From positions 309,938,001 through 310,002,000 of the forward strand of contig OZ024740.1 of NCBI GenBank assembly GCA_964016885.1: a stretch of DNA of 64,000 nt, in the 5' to 3' direction. A model generated the notes under the pieces. That model worked only from the letters and a program-made list of their open reading frames with translations, was not told where the DNA came from and searched no databases. Below are positions 46,070 to 60,528 of this stretch, one piece after another (position 1 is the stretch's first letter; every line of letters starts with the position of its first letter). Position numbers and translations under genes: made by a program. The stretch comes from Eledone cirrhosa. Its lineage: Eukaryota.

Positions 46070-46333
46070 ATCTAGCACAGAATCAAAGAGATCAGAGCCA
46101 ATAACCACAATAGCTGGATTACGTCCATGTGATTGGCATGTCTCACTTGGGCATCTAGCCAGATCAGTTGGAGATCGTTGCTTTTGAGAAACCCCACTGG
46201 AAGGAGAGATTTTGAGGACTCTGCCTCCGTGGCACTTTCAGGAATAGGTGGTCGAAGAAGAAGAAGAAGAAGAAGAAGAAGAAGAAGAAGAAGAAGAAGA
46301 AGAAGAAGAAGAAGAAGAAGAAGAAGAAGAAGA
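46070..46333 (+). mobile_element. RTE-clade LINE 3' end with (GAA)n tail
   Basis: Decayed W.DY...SHLGI*PDQLEIVAFEK.HWK..LRTLPP.HFQE followed by (GAA)n at 46254-46333. Confidence 0.7.
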
Positions 46334-48513
46334 CGTAATCGCATGGCATGTATAGTTGAATTAATATACAGCATATTTAGTTAATGACTATCGAGGTTTA
46401 TCCTTCCGTGTGTATTGAGGGGTACTGCACCAATCTGATTATCGCAGCTTAATGAACTAGAAATAGACAATTGCCAGAAAATATTACCTGAAGCGATGAT
46501 TGACACATATTTTTCGTTTACTTTTATCAAAATTATAATGTACGAAAAACGTTTTTAATTTGTTGATTAATGTTGGTATGTGATTGTAAGAGTATATACT
46601 AGTGGTTTTGAGGTATATGTAATGTGGAACACTAGAAATCCATGCACACATTACAAATATTAAATATATATGAAAACGATTATATATCTAAAGATGAATT
46701 CGTAATTACATCTTGAATAACTTCTTCATTTACGGTATTCAAAGAATAATAGATAATTCCCTGTAGAAAAACAATGTCATTTTAAAAGCGAAAAGTAATA
46801 ATTATTTTATCAGATTGGCTATTGTTTACAGGCACAAATTCCGTCACAATATATAGGTTTATATTATAAGAACATTTATTTGTTGGTTACAAAGTTGACC
46901 AAACATTATGACTCGCGGATACAACTAACCCATATACATTGAGAAATGATCATTGCTATTACTGAGCGAGGGTAAGTACTCAAGTTTGACAAGGCCTAAC
47001 GGAACCAAGTGTTCCCAACTTGCACAACATGGCTGCAAGAATAATTTTATTCGTTTATACTTTGAGGGGAGTAGATTAAATTAGTTATCTACAGGAATAT
47101 GTTGCCTATGGTACAAACTATAAACTATAGTTTTCAGTAAACCTGTAGCCTGTTTAGTCTATATTTACATCTGGTTATTTTGTGTAACTCTTGAAATGTT
47201 TCGATTCTAATATTAGCATTCACTGAATTAACAGATTTCAGTGAAAGTAAAGCGGTCTAAATTCGATTCGTTCTGTGATCTAATTGTAGAAGTTAATCTG
47301 TAAATAAAATATAGTAGAATAAAGTAACATAGCTAAAACTAAAAGTATGTAAGGTTAAGAAAAGGTATGCATTATTGAAGCTCTCATTACTTTTAAAAGC
47401 TAGTATGGTGTGTGTTTTCAGGAGCATTTGCTTGTTACCTCTGGCAGGTCTATTAAAGAATAGAGTTCCCTGGGTGAAACCTTTACTTGTTTATTTGGGG
47501 TTATTCATGCATTTCCCATAAGTTATCTCTGGAAGACCAAACCTATAAGATGAAAGATAATCCAACTGTGACTTACTTGCCTATTATTTTGTATATTCTA
47601 CGCTCGTTCTATTTTAGACGTTACAGCCTGATTTTGATTTTCATTAGACTAATATCTTCAGCAGTAGAGCTTTCGTCATTAGGTACTACGATAAAAAAAC
47701 TGTTGTTTGAATTGTAGATAGGAGTATTGTTACATTCATTTCTAACATGGTAGTGCGTTGAGAATTGTTTCACTTCTACTACAAGACATGTTCTTAGATG
47801 TGTTACCTCCAGACAAAACCAATATAATTGTCGACTTAGATTCTATCGTATATGTATTTAAGTGTATGTATATTTATTCATAACATCTAATGGGCTTTGT
47901 AAAATGTGGTGGAATAAATGAATAAAAGAAAACACTACCTAAAACCTTAATATATGCCGACAATATTTATATAACTCAATTATATTTATGGTTTGAAAAC
48001 TGAACTTTCGTAATGGTAACTTCGATGACCAATTTGTGTGATAGTTTAGATGCCATTTAATCATTCATTGGTAACACTTCTAGCCATTTCTGATGGCATT
48101 TTAAACAATATGCACAATATTAAGAAACAACATAATTTACTCATAAATATTGATTTCTATCTTCTATTAAGTGTATATTATTGGTGATACAAAATTTGAC
48201 CTTAGTGAGAACCAAAGCAATTTCTCAATATTAAAATGAATTAGATAGCAATCAACATAAGTAAATATTCCAAACAGATAACATATTCTGCAGTATTACA
48301 ACAGATTAACATAACTGTTTTCCGCATGTTGTGTCTTAGCGTCTACTTTATAAACATTTAATGATTCAACGCGTACTAACTATTGACAGTATACATTCAC
48401 ATATTTTGGAGCGTTTATCCTTCTGCTAACATTCGATAGTCTGGAGATATTTATACACGCATATACGCTATATATATATATGTGTGTGTGTCTGTTTGTG
48501 TGTGTGTGTGTGC

Positions 48514-48567
<54 letters not shown>

Positions 48568-49640
48568 ATGCGTGTGCGTGTGTGTGAACGTAGATATCAC
48601 ATAGTAAATACATGATAGGTTTAGAGAGTATGATCACACCAACTCTGTGTTCAGACCTGGTGTGCGTGTGTGTGTGTATGTTTACTTCAAATCCTTGTCC
48701 ATTAAGTTGTCATTTAATTTTTATAGACTTATCTTTTGTTATATATTTTTAATTTTGGATTTGTTATTTGATATTTTTTATTTCCGAGAAGAGAAACAAC
48801 AGCAGCAACAAACTCGGTATTAAGTCTCACACCATCACAATATTGTTACAGATTCAACATAATGTATCATTTGAATAGTAACTTCTTCGGATACTGGCTC
48901 TTCGAAACAGTGGCTGGTAAGATGTTATCTGATTTGTATATGATAATTAATTAGTGGGGAATAGTTGTAGTCGTATATTTACAGGAATAGAAAGGAGGTG
49001 GTGTATGGGATGCGTTTGAAATTGCAAACAATTGTTAAATGATGGAAGAAGGAAAGGAGAAACATTTCAGCAATGAAATATTCCAGCCTATTATTAATGT
49101 TCCTAGTTATTTATCTGCTGAACAAATAATTAATAATATCTCTTACAAATCTAATCTAACTTTGAAAAATTAATTATTCAGAAAATCTTGACATAAATAT
49201 ATATAGATATATAGATGGAGCTATAAGAAAAAAATAGATAAGCGTATGCATATCATTTATAAATCTACATTCATAGACATAACGATAAAAATATCTGCTA
49301 GATAAATTTGCCTGAATATTATTTTGTGTTCTGTAAAGCAACGTGAAAAAGTAAAGCAACTAAGATAAAACAGTAACTAAAAAAAGGGGAAAATATGAAG
49401 TATAAAAACAACATGGAAGTATAAAATTAAGATGAGCGGGTAAGAAATGGACGAAAGTCAGACGAGTGTTCTATTTATTTTCTTATATTGGCTGTACAAG
49501 GGGAAACGTTAATACGAACAGTTACTTTTTAAAGACATAGAACATTTTATCCGTTCTGTCTTACTGTAAAGAATTTCGTACAATTATACCGATATACGCT
49601 TATTGGTGCTGGAATGATTATTGAAACAATACGGTACGAT

Positions 49641-51770
49641 GGCATCAGGTCCTTCCCAGCTGCGGAGGTGCTGATGGTCTCCGACCAGGCCACCTCAGGA
49701 AGTTGATATCCCTCCTCTCTGCTGAGGCCGGGCGCCGCCTTCTGAGTGCAATTGTGGGGCCCTGGACCCTTAGGCACGAGGCCTCTTTTTATCACCGCTC
49801 TAAGGAAGAAAGAGGGTGGCATAAGCCCCATTACTTGCGACAATGTCTTCCGGAGGATGGCTGCCAAGGTGATATGCAAGTCCGTAACAGACGAACTGTA
49901 TGAGGAGTTTAGTCCGGTGCAACTGGGTGTCAGCGTGTCAGGTGGATGTGAGGGAGCCGCTCACTCATGCAACCAGGCAGTTCTTCAACAGCTGCCCATC
50001 GGAACCGGCATCCAGGGACTCCAGGCACCTCATTGTCAAGCTTGACATGAGGAATGCCTTCAACTCTTTACGCCGGGATCATCTGCTCGAGGCCTGCCTC
50101 AGTCGAGCCCCCTATGCCTAACTGCTGGCCTACCTGTCTTATGGAGCCCCGAGCATGCTTCCCGCTGCTGATACGGTCATACCCTCGGCTACTGGGGTCC
50201 AACAGGGCGACCCTTTGGGACCGCCCCTGTTCGCCCTTATTATTGACCACATCGCCCGGAGTATCACGGCCCCCCTAAACTTTTGGTGTCTGGATTATGC
50301 TACGTTGGACAGGCCCGTACGGACGGTCTGCCATGTCCTTCAATCGGTGGTTCCTGCCCTGGCGGGAATCGGCCTCCAAGTCAACTTGGCCAAGTCGGAG
50401 GTGGTGAATATCAGCCTCGATGTTGCGAGCTTTGCAGTCTCCGTCTTGGACGTGCAGTCCATTCTCCGCCAGGTTCAGGTTACCCCCAAAGAGGATGTCC
50501 TCATCCTCGGGTCATTGATCCACCTGCCGACCATCCGCTCCACCATCAGGTCCAGGCTTCAACGGCTCCAGACTCTCACGAGCCGACTGGGCTTGATTGA
50601 CGGCCACCCAGCTCTCTTTCTGCTGAAGAACTGCTTCGCCATGCCGAAGCTCCCCCATACACTCCGCAGCGCTCCGTGGTACACCCAGACATTCCTCCTC
50701 GCAGACCTCGATACTTGTATCCCAGCAGCAGCCTAGGAGATATGCAACGTACAGTTTGACGACACAGGGTGGCGACAGGCCACTTTACCTGTCAGGTATG
50801 GTGACCTTGGCCTCCGGTCCCCGATCTCACTAGCTTTGCCGGCGTATCTTTCGTCGGTAACTTCGTGCCGCGTCCTCGTCAGCAGGGTTCTTAAAAACAC
50901 AACAGAAACTTCTGTGTTCAGAGAACGTGAGGCGGCCTGTGAGACGTGGACCGGTTGGGACTTAGCCCAGTAGTCGTCTCTCCTCCTTCTCCCCCTGTTG
51001 ACGTCAAGTCCCTCCAACGCACTTGGAGTGCCATCCAGAGCAGCCTGGCCTCAGACAGGCTCACGCGCCAGCTCGACCAGCACCGCCTTGCTTGTTTTCG
51101 TGCGGCCTCCAAACCCCAGAGTGGTGCCTGGCTCCATTCCCTGCCCTCCTTCTCCACTGGCACGTAACTAGACAACCATAGCCTACGCATCGGCGTTTCC
51201 CTGAGGCTCGGCCTCCAGATCTGCCAGCCACACCAATGTCGCTGCGGTTCCACCGTGGACTCTTTCGCCCTCCATCCGCTTTCCTGTCACCACGCCATGC
51301 TGCCTTCAACGAGGTCATTAAGCATGGTTTGGACGCTTCCTTTCCCATCTCGAGCCGGTGGGCTGGATCGAGGGGACGGCAAAAGGCCAGATGGCATGAC
51401 CATCTTCCCGTTCCGCGGTGGCAAACCCCTCGTCTGGGATGCCACTTGCACCGACACTTTCTCCAGCCGCAACCTGGGGCCGTCTGCGACTGACCCAGAT
51501 TCTGCTGCACGTCGGGCTGAGGGGGGGGGGGGGGAACTCATCAAATACCGGTCGCTCTCCGACAGGTTTGCGGTCGTTCCCCTGGCAGTGGAAACTTCTG
51601 GTGTCCTCGGCCCCAGGGCTACCTCCTTACTCACCACCCTAGGCGCTGAGCTGGTCAGCCGCATGTGTGAGCCCCGCGAGTTGGAGTGGCTCTTCCAGCG
51701 CGTCTCCGGGGAAACGCCTTCTCCATTCTGTCCATCGGGGCTGTGGGTGGGCCCCATCGCGTACCGCTGT
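49641..51770 (+). mobile_element. Decayed CRE-like non-LTR retrotransposon (RT + CCHC + restriction-like endonuclease), 5'-truncated
   Basis: A GC-rich block with DGLRPGHL, KKEGGISPI, QLGVSVSGGCE, KLDMRNAFNS, GVQQGDPLGPPLF, a decayed YLDD (CLDY), CRCG...HPLSC and KRPDG...WDATC.D...KY...PLAVETSG. It has several frameshifts and stops. Confidence 0.9.
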
Positions 51771-53603
51771 AGTTGTTGTAGAAGAAACAGGAAGACAACA
51801 TCTAATCTAATATGCATACATACATTTATTATATTATATTTTTAATATTGACATAGAAACGTTTTGATCTCCATATTATGTTTCGTATTTTTTAACCGCG
51901 TCTGCATTATTCCTGTCTAATATGTAATTTTCAATCGAGTATTCTACATAGTAGTAAGCAGATTACACTGCTCCTATGTCTCACAATTTTAACTGCTGCT
52001 ATTCTGTAAATATTTGAAGAATGTGTTGTTGATTTCTACACTAGTATGTTTAATGCACACGATAACCGAATGAGTCTGACAACATAATTTCGTATTTGCT
52101 GAATTATACACAATAAGAATTAAACAGTTCAGTATAAAATTTACAAGTATATGATTCAATATAAACATGTATAAGCGATGTAACATATATTGAAATATCC
52201 ATTCGAGACATGAGTATAAGTTCATATCTAATACAAATATTTCGAACAATCCGCAAGGTGTAGAATCTAACATATTTTGATAAATGTATTGGGATAACAT
52301 GACTGCACATGATAAATGACATCCCTTGTGCTCGTTTGACTCGTGTCTTTGGGGAAATAGGATAATATATTTCATGTGATTTGTTATTCAGTTGATACAA
52401 TTGCGAAAATGGAGAAAAATGTATTAAGGTTGAGACAGTTTTTAGATTTGTAACTAGATTCCATAACCTTCATGTGTACAATTGTAATAAACTAAATACT
52501 TCCTATGTTCTAATACTTGACAAGTGCATGCAATTAGAAGCAATTCCGACAGGGGACTCACGAAATTGCGATAAACCAAATAATGAATATTAGTTTTGCT
52601 GTTGCAAAGGGCTTACAACTAAATTACTGTATTAGGTCTAGTTTTCAAGTATTAGCTGAATCTTCATTTTAAATGGAATGTTGGCGTATCAAGTTGTTTC
52701 ATATTAGGAAAACAATCCTATAGGAGTTTTGGTGTCTAATTAACACGTGAACATACCAGCAATCTATACCTGTTCGAAATCTATTTATTTTGCGCACTGC
52801 CAATAAGAATTATGCCGAAAGGCATGTTATTCGTATTAATCATTTTGCATTAAAATATCTTTATGATAAAATAGATTTCATCAAAGCTACATTTTAGTTA
52901 ATCATGGAAAACTTAGTCAAAAGTATAGGCATTCAACCCATTACCCGATTAAAATATTCTCTTGAATCTCAACTATTTCAACAACAACTTGCCTATGACT
53001 TAAATAACTGAAACCCTTACTTCGGTTTTTGAAGCTGTTTTATTTTCTCTTAATATTTTGTTAAATAACATTCCTCATCAAACAAACCTATGCCTAAAGT
53101 CATTCCAAAAATGTTGGTGTGTTTAGAAATATGTTAGCCAGTGTTCCTATTTCCATACAAAGTCAGATTGTGATATGTAATAAAGGTGATGTTATTTGAA
53201 ACAGCTCATGAGTTCAGGATGAAAATCAGGTAGCCGGTGTTGTTATTGAATTTATTATTGTTGTTAAATTATGTTTAATATATTTGTTGGGGCTATATGG
53301 TGAATTCCATTTAATATAGTTAACCCATGAAATACGGACATGCTGATTATGTGATATTGAAGAGTTCACATATGAACAATTAGTCCAATGGATAGATAGA
53401 TACATAGATAGGCAGATAGATATCGAGAAAAGCATAGATATACAATTAGATATATATCGTATTAGCAAAATCTCTCTCTCTCTCTCTCGCTCTCTCTCTA
53501 TCGTCCGAAACGTTAAGACCCTCTTCCTGCTATATCAAGCGTTAACCTAATATATCCCTTCCATATACTGTACCGATTGTGTTGTTATTTCTGTTTAACT
53601 TTT

Positions 53604-53630
<27 letters not shown>

Positions 53631-53634
<4 letters not shown>

Positions 53635-54230
53635 ATCAAGGTTTAGAAAATAAGAAAAAAGTTTCAAAATAAACTTCATCAAATTCACTGTACTTGCTAT
53701 GGTTACCTTTACCGAATCGGTTTCGAGTCTCAAAAATAAATGGATAGTCCTTGCGGGCTTCCATTGAAAAGATAAACTCTCGTCAGAAGGTTCTTTTCAC
53801 TCGGAGAATATAAAATTCCCGAGTTCAAATTACGAACTGGCGCTATTCAAAATTGTTCCCGAGATGAGAGTGAATGATGTGGAAGCAATTCTGTCCAGTG
53901 CCGTGTGCAAAGATAGAAGGCAGAGGCAGGGAGGTGAATCCACTACCACTATAAATAGCAGTAGTCAAAACGACTAAATTTCATCTCGACCAGGGGGAGA
54001 TTAATAATAATAAAGTATACATATCCATTCACGCAAAAGAAGAATAGCGGCACAGGTATTATCCAACCATATGCCAATGTGGTTCAATGGCAGGTTAATA
54101 AATTAACGAGCCAGAACATTTATAATCAAGAGTTAGCAAATAAGAAAAAGTTTCAAAATAAATTTCAAAAAATTCACTGTACTTACTATGGTTACCTTTA
54201 CCGAATCGCTTTCGAGTCTCATAAATAAAT
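53631..54230 (-). mobile_element. Second locus of the ~490-bp hammerhead unit (about 1.2 tandem copies)
   Basis: Reverse complement of 35325-35835; TATAATCAAG...GGTTACCTTTACCGAATCG.TTTCGAGTCTCA recurs at 53631 and 54121. Confidence 0.88.
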
Positions 54231-55043
54231 AAATTAAAAAAAAAAGAATATATATATATATATATATATATATAGCGAGTGAATGATGATTAAGACGAAT
54301 AAGGGAGACAATAGTGTTTTTTATTCCAAACAGTAACATATGTTTCATTGCCTAGTATGTAATCGGTTGTGTCTTAAAATCGCTATCTACAATGTTATTG
54401 TGAAAATCGGTTTTAAATACTGTTTATACCAGGAAAATTATCAAAACACTGATTTTGGAATCAGCGATACAACATGTTGATACTAAGTCATATAAACATC
54501 AATATGAAAAATAAAATAAACATATTTAGGGATTTACATGTTTGATGGGTAATAAACCTGTTGGAAAATTCAAGACAAAATAATACGATAATAAATGTAA
54601 AAAATGGAATATACCATGTATGTTCTCAAATAATAAATAAATGATACTATACGTGAAGAGAAGATAAGAAGAGAGAGTGATATATTGAGAGTTCTTATAG
54701 TCTATGTAGATGTGTCATTACATTGTCAGCTTCTCTTGCATCTGGTTAGTTAAGAGTTGATCCTTTGATGTCGTTAGATTGGTGGTTTATTAATGGTTTC
54801 AATGAAGTAGTGAGGTGCATTTGATTGTTTAGATACTTTGAATATTTATGGTGTTATTCAGATTAGTGGTAGATAAACCGCTATGTTTACAAGATAAGGT
54901 ATGATAGATGTGTAACGTGGCGTCATGTTATGGTGGTAAGAGAGGTATTTTAGAATATCTAGTGGCGCTTAGTTTTCAAATGTTATAATTCTGAGAAATT
55001 ATAGTGTTTATATAAACAGTTACGGTATTGGATCGAATCCCGT

Positions 55044-55850
55044 CTATTTTGGTTTGTAGTTTATGGATGTATTGTCATATCTCTGCCGAAAGATTATAGT
55101 GCGTGTTATCTTGTTATTTGATAATTTGTTATTATATCGTAAAATATGGAGTAATTCCATATTACATAATTTGCATTGGGTCATCCCGTGTGTGTAAGCA
55201 TTAGATAATGTAGACCAAACTATTTGGTATTCTTGTTTGTTATCCACAAGCTGCGAAATTTTACAGGCCAGAGTCGTTGTGTTTTTGAGTTTGCGTTTTT
55301 TAATCGAGTACCTATACACATACAAGCGTTTCTTGAATTCTTTTGCTTTAGAACCTATATAGTACCATTCCTGGCCACTCGATTTTATGGTACATAGATA
55401 GACTAAATTGGATTCAAGGCATCTGTTCTGTAATCGGCATTTATCTGATACGTGGCAATTACATGTAGTGACTCTACGTTACAGCCCGATATATGGCTTG
55501 AACCAGGCTGGGATGCTAGTTTGTTTCCGTTGAGTTAGTGCGTTGTAAAGTGTCGAACGGCAGGTTGTGATGTGGTTACAGTATTGTGTTTCATCTTAGA
55601 TTTTATGCTGGTGGTATGTGAACCAATATCTTTAGAGATTATTCTTGAGTTGAGTTTTTATGTATGTTTCTATATTTGCTGCGGTAAAATATGATAGTTT
55701 AATAGTCTTCCTATTGAAAGTTTTGTGGTATTAATGTGGCATGGGGAAGTATTTATCTATTAAATTAAAGAAAATAAAGGGTAGATTGGTATTGATTGCA
55801 TAATCGAAAACTGGGTTATACCATAAATATTGTTTTCTCCTGGACTTTCA
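55044..55850 (-). pseudogene. Penelope-like element (Neptune-like) GIY-YIG remnant
   Basis: Minus strand: LIDKYFP..YHKTFNRKTIKLSY...CNC...CLESNLVY...YYIGS...FKKR...TTLA...CKLCNMELLHIL; same architecture as 28105-28814. Confidence 0.82.
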
Positions 55851-56478
55851 GCGTTTTTAGAAGTTGCTTGGATATCCTTAAAACATATATAGTTTACTCT
55901 GATATATATATGTGTATGTATGTAAGTATATATGTATGTATATATCTATGTATGTATATACATATATATATATGGCGGGGGGGGGGGGGTCTGTATGTGC
56001 GTATGTGAGTGGGTTTGTGTGTGAATGTGTATGTAATAAAAGTTTTAAAAAGCAGATTCATTAAGGTAGAAATATATGAATAAAAAAATAAAGAGTAATG
56101 TTTAAGCCAATATATTTCAACATATTTCAGGGCTTTCAGCCACTTTTCAAATGGTAAGTAGAACCAATTTCTACGTATTTCAGACACGTAGACCAACTAA
56201 GGAAGAACAAATCGATCGATTGTTTTTGTTTTGAACCATTTCTGCTTTACATTTGAAAAGAGGCTGCTAGTCCTAAAATACTACGTTGAAATATACTGAT
56301 ATTACGTTGTTTTCTTTTTCGACATCCTTTGACCTTTCTATATTCTACCGCATTGTACATGATCTTTGAATCTCATCCCTCTTTTATTACATATTTCACA
56401 ATGATTCGTATTGAATATACAGTATATATATATATATATATATACATTGTACCGATTGTCTAGTTATTTCTATTTACC

Positions 56479-56556
<78 letters not shown>

Positions 56557-56578
56557 TATATATTATATGTATAGTATA

Positions 56579-56626
<48 letters not shown>

Positions 56627-57026
56627 TATATATTATATGTATAGTATATATATATATATATATATGTGTATGTGTGTGTATGTGTGTGTGTGCCTGTGTG
56701 TGTGTGTGTTTCTCTGTGCCTATAACGCTTGTGTGTGCGTTTATTAATAACAAAAACCTTCATATATGAAAATCACGTTCAGTAGAAACTGTCGAGCTAG
56801 TTATCTTTTATGGGGAGGCCAATTATAAAATTGCCGAAAAAAAATATATTATAGTAATTACTAGTATGTCTACATGCTAAGCCTATAATTAAATGTATTA
56901 ACACACAAACACACAAACACACACACACAGACAGATACACAGACACACATACACACATACACCGACACAGACACATACACACACATATATATATTAATAA
57001 AATGTTTTAGTTTGCTTGAAGCATTG

Positions 57027-57110
<84 letters not shown>

Positions 57111-57504
57111 CATTGAAATAGACAAACAACTGGCAATACAATGCAAAATGGACTGTAAGAAATGGGTAACGAAAAGTAAAAGTTACCTGGTCGTCTTTAT
57201 TTCGGGATATTTCGGGATATTTCTGGATTATTTTGGGATATTTCGGGCCCTAGAATTCCCATCAACTGAGTTTAAGGAACCTTCAGTGGAAAACGTTCCA
57301 ATTTCCTCTCTCTGGGATACAATTTTTATTTTTATTTAAATTTTTTCTAAGTTGTTTTCAAGCGTGTTTCAATGGTTACTTCGCTTTCCACGTGATTGAC
57401 GTCGATTGCCAATTTAGTATTTCGCGAAATCAATTTTCTTTTTTTTTATGAGATGCTTAGTTTGTGTGTCTGTAGGTGTGTCTTCTTATGTCAAGTACTG
57501 TGTG

Positions 57505-57905
57505 CTGAGTTCTAATCTATTATTTATCTGCGGGTCGAGTCTACGTATGAGCAATGCCTCCTTAATTTTTTAGTTGCCCACATTTCTATCACTGGCTTTA
57601 ATAGCAACAGTAATATGTTGGTTGATGTTTCTGCATTTGTCTATGCGTTTTATAAATGCGGATGCGCATGTGTTGAGGTGTTCTTTAATGCAAATGTGGA
57701 GTGCTCGAGTCGAGCTAGCAATGTAGGACTCCTTACATTTGTTGCATTCAATCTGGTGTACCACATGTGTCCGCTGGCACATACCTGTATCGCGGATAGG
57801 GCGGTTAATAAGCGAGCATAGACTGTTGTTGTCTCTGGATTGTTTTTTCGACAGGTATCCACGCAGTGAAGGGCTGTAGTGTGCTAACTGTATATCAAGG
57901 TGGGT
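57505..57905 (-). pseudogene. Penelope-like GIY-YIG remnant related to 38391-38963
   Basis: CQRTHVVHQIECNKCKESYIASSTRALHICIKEHL...KEALLIRRLDPQINNRLE. Confidence 0.85.
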
Positions 57906-58015
57906 GCATCGGCAGGGGCCACTGTCTCACTTAGTGAGCTACCAACCATTTCATGCCACGATAGCCCTATTACCCGTCACAGAGCACCAACACCCTTTAT
58001 CTTGCATTTGTATAT

Positions 58016-58258
58016 ATACTTGGAGAGAGTCATATTGTTGTAATAATATTGCCAAAAATAATAACAAAACACACTCACTGTTTGGATGGTTTTCGCTTCT
58101 GTATAATTTATATCTCTACAGTTAATTCATTCGGTCTTCAATGCTTACCATTGACTGACCAACAGTAAAAAATACAGATATAATATAGGTATAAACACAT
58201 ATATATAGTCTAACTAAGTTATTTCGCTGCACATCTGCAACATCATCAGTGGTGCAAT
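58016..58258 (-). mobile_element. Copy of the 39731-40218 family with hammerhead-like core at 58210-58256
   Basis: Reverse complement of 39972-40213. The minus strand reads CUGAUGA-U-GUUGCA(GAUG)UGCAGC-GAAA-UAAC; stems I and III are imperfect. Confidence 0.8.
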
Positions 58259-58774
58259 TAAGTATGATTTGGCCGATTTCCTTTTTACTAACTACTTATA
58301 GCAGATGTGTTCGACCCCTTTAATTTTGTATCAATTTTATTACTACTCAATTTCTACAAGTTTTTTTCTATTCTCTACTTATTAACCTGTAATTGTAAGA
58401 TAGCATTGTGATTTTTTTATTCATTTCTCACTATCTAATTTTATATATTTTTTTATTTCTTTCTATTATCTTTTATTGTCTCCTACTCTCATTCGATTTA
58501 CCTATTCTATAACCTCCCTCCTCCTTTTCATACGCTATCCTTAGAATCTGCTGCATACATATCACTTTCAACGCTTGACCGCTCCACTTACTCCCCTATT
58601 GTTCTACAGGCAAGTTCAGCCACCCCTACCTCCCACCAAATGCCATGATAGACTTATTTGTGTTTACAGCAAATTTTAACCAAATCTCCTGACAACTACA
58701 ATCTTCCCATATAAGTAAGTAACCCCTTGACAAGTTCAGCTATTTGTTCACCAGGCTAAAAATTCTAATTTAGT

Positions 58775-58908
58775 CCAGAAATAGCCGTCGAAACGGCTTG
58801 AGCTCTGCCGTCGGGGTCATACTTTTTCCTATTTCCCACTCTACTACCCTAAGTATTGAGTACTCTGGTGCGTTATGGTCCATCTGGTTCCTTACCACAA
58901 TTCCTTTA
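58775..58908 (+). mobile_element. Family X copy
   Basis: TCCAGAAATAGCCGTCGAAACGGCTTGAGCTC...TTATGGTCCATCTGGTTCCTTACCACA. Confidence 0.8.
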
Positions 58909-59724
58909 TTTCACTCAACTTGTAGAAATCTTATAATGAAACGAGTCGTCTGGGAAGTGATATATTTGATATATCTCATATGAAATGATACAGCCAATTT
59001 TCCACACAATACAATTAGTTAGCACCCCGAACGTTTAATTAGGAATATACTCGGCTATTTCCTAATGTTTGTTGAGTGAGTTGGAATTTGGCCGGAGTAT
59101 CGCTATTAGCTTTCTCCGATTATGTGTATATATATATATATATATATATGTCATTAATTTTATTTTTTCTTTCTTCGTTATGTCTTTGTTTATTTCCTTT
59201 CTCTGCAGTACCCACAAAGGGTAAACACTTTCTTAACTGAGTGTCGCCTATATGTAGGTCTAGATGTCATTACATTCCTGTTCGTGTATTGTTCTTTTTT
59301 TATACATGTTTGTGTGTACATAATTTAATCTCAATTGTATTTTGCATTCGTGTGTGTATATTATGCTATATATATTTTTATGTGAACAATGACATTAAAG
59401 ATTATGTCTTTTGCTTCACCTTTGATGTCGTAATTTATATTTTTCCTCTTGAATTCATTCTACTTATTTATTTAATGTCTTGGGTGTTTTCTTGATTTTA
59501 GGGTTTAAAGCAGAGGGTCATCGGGAGGAGATGGAGCACGGTCTATTACGTAATGAGGTCGTAGTCGTTGCAGATAATAATAGTTTGGCTTTATTATATA
59601 GAAACTATGTAATATGACAGCTGCAGCTTCATAACGTCTGTCTTCCCCACTTGGTGGCTGGTGCGGTCCAGTTACGTAAGGAGTGTTTAGCAAGGCATTA
59701 TGTCAGGGTAATATAGTCAGTTGG

Positions 59725-59815
<91 letters not shown>

Positions 59816-60348
59816 ATGTATATATATATATTTAATGGAAAAAATTGTGGACGTTAGAAAACGTCGCTTGTTCGGTGTTGATTTATCGAAACATTTGTTA
59901 TTAGGTTAAAGTGTTTTTTTTTTGTTGTTGTGAAAAGAACAAATGTTTTGATATACCTACACGGAGTAAACATTCTGTGCTAGACATCAACATTTTACAT
60001 GTTATAAACCTCTTTTATATTTTTACCAGGTGCACTTTTTGAACCATTTTTTATTATAATTTTTCTTATATATTTATATATACACACACGCGGAATCAAC
60101 TTACTCAAAAATATACCTATATAATTTAACATATTCACTGTACACCATATTCTAATAAAATTTCGCGTGTCATGAATTATTAATGAAACAGGAATAGATT
60201 ATTGGTGTTATATCCAAGCGCAATATGAAAACTACAACTAAAACAGCAGATATACATTGGTTTATGTGTGTTTTTATTTTCAATTTAAGATATTTTCTTT
60301 ATACGGATTGTAATTAATATTATTTATGAGTATAATCTCATTAAAATA

Positions 60349-60528
60349 TTTGTTTCTACTTTAGGCACAAGGCCAGCAATTTACCAGTTCATTACTGGTA
60401 CTTTATTTTATCGACCCCGTAAGGATGAAAGGCAAAGTCAACCTCGGCGGGATTTGAACTCAGATCGTAAAGGGACGTAACTATGCTGGAAAGCATGGCG
60501 TCCGAACCTCTACCGATACTGCCATTCA
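60349..60528 (-). mobile_element. SINE family A, full length
   Basis: Near-identical to the other young copies, with a short AAATATT duplication on both flanks. Confidence 0.9.
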
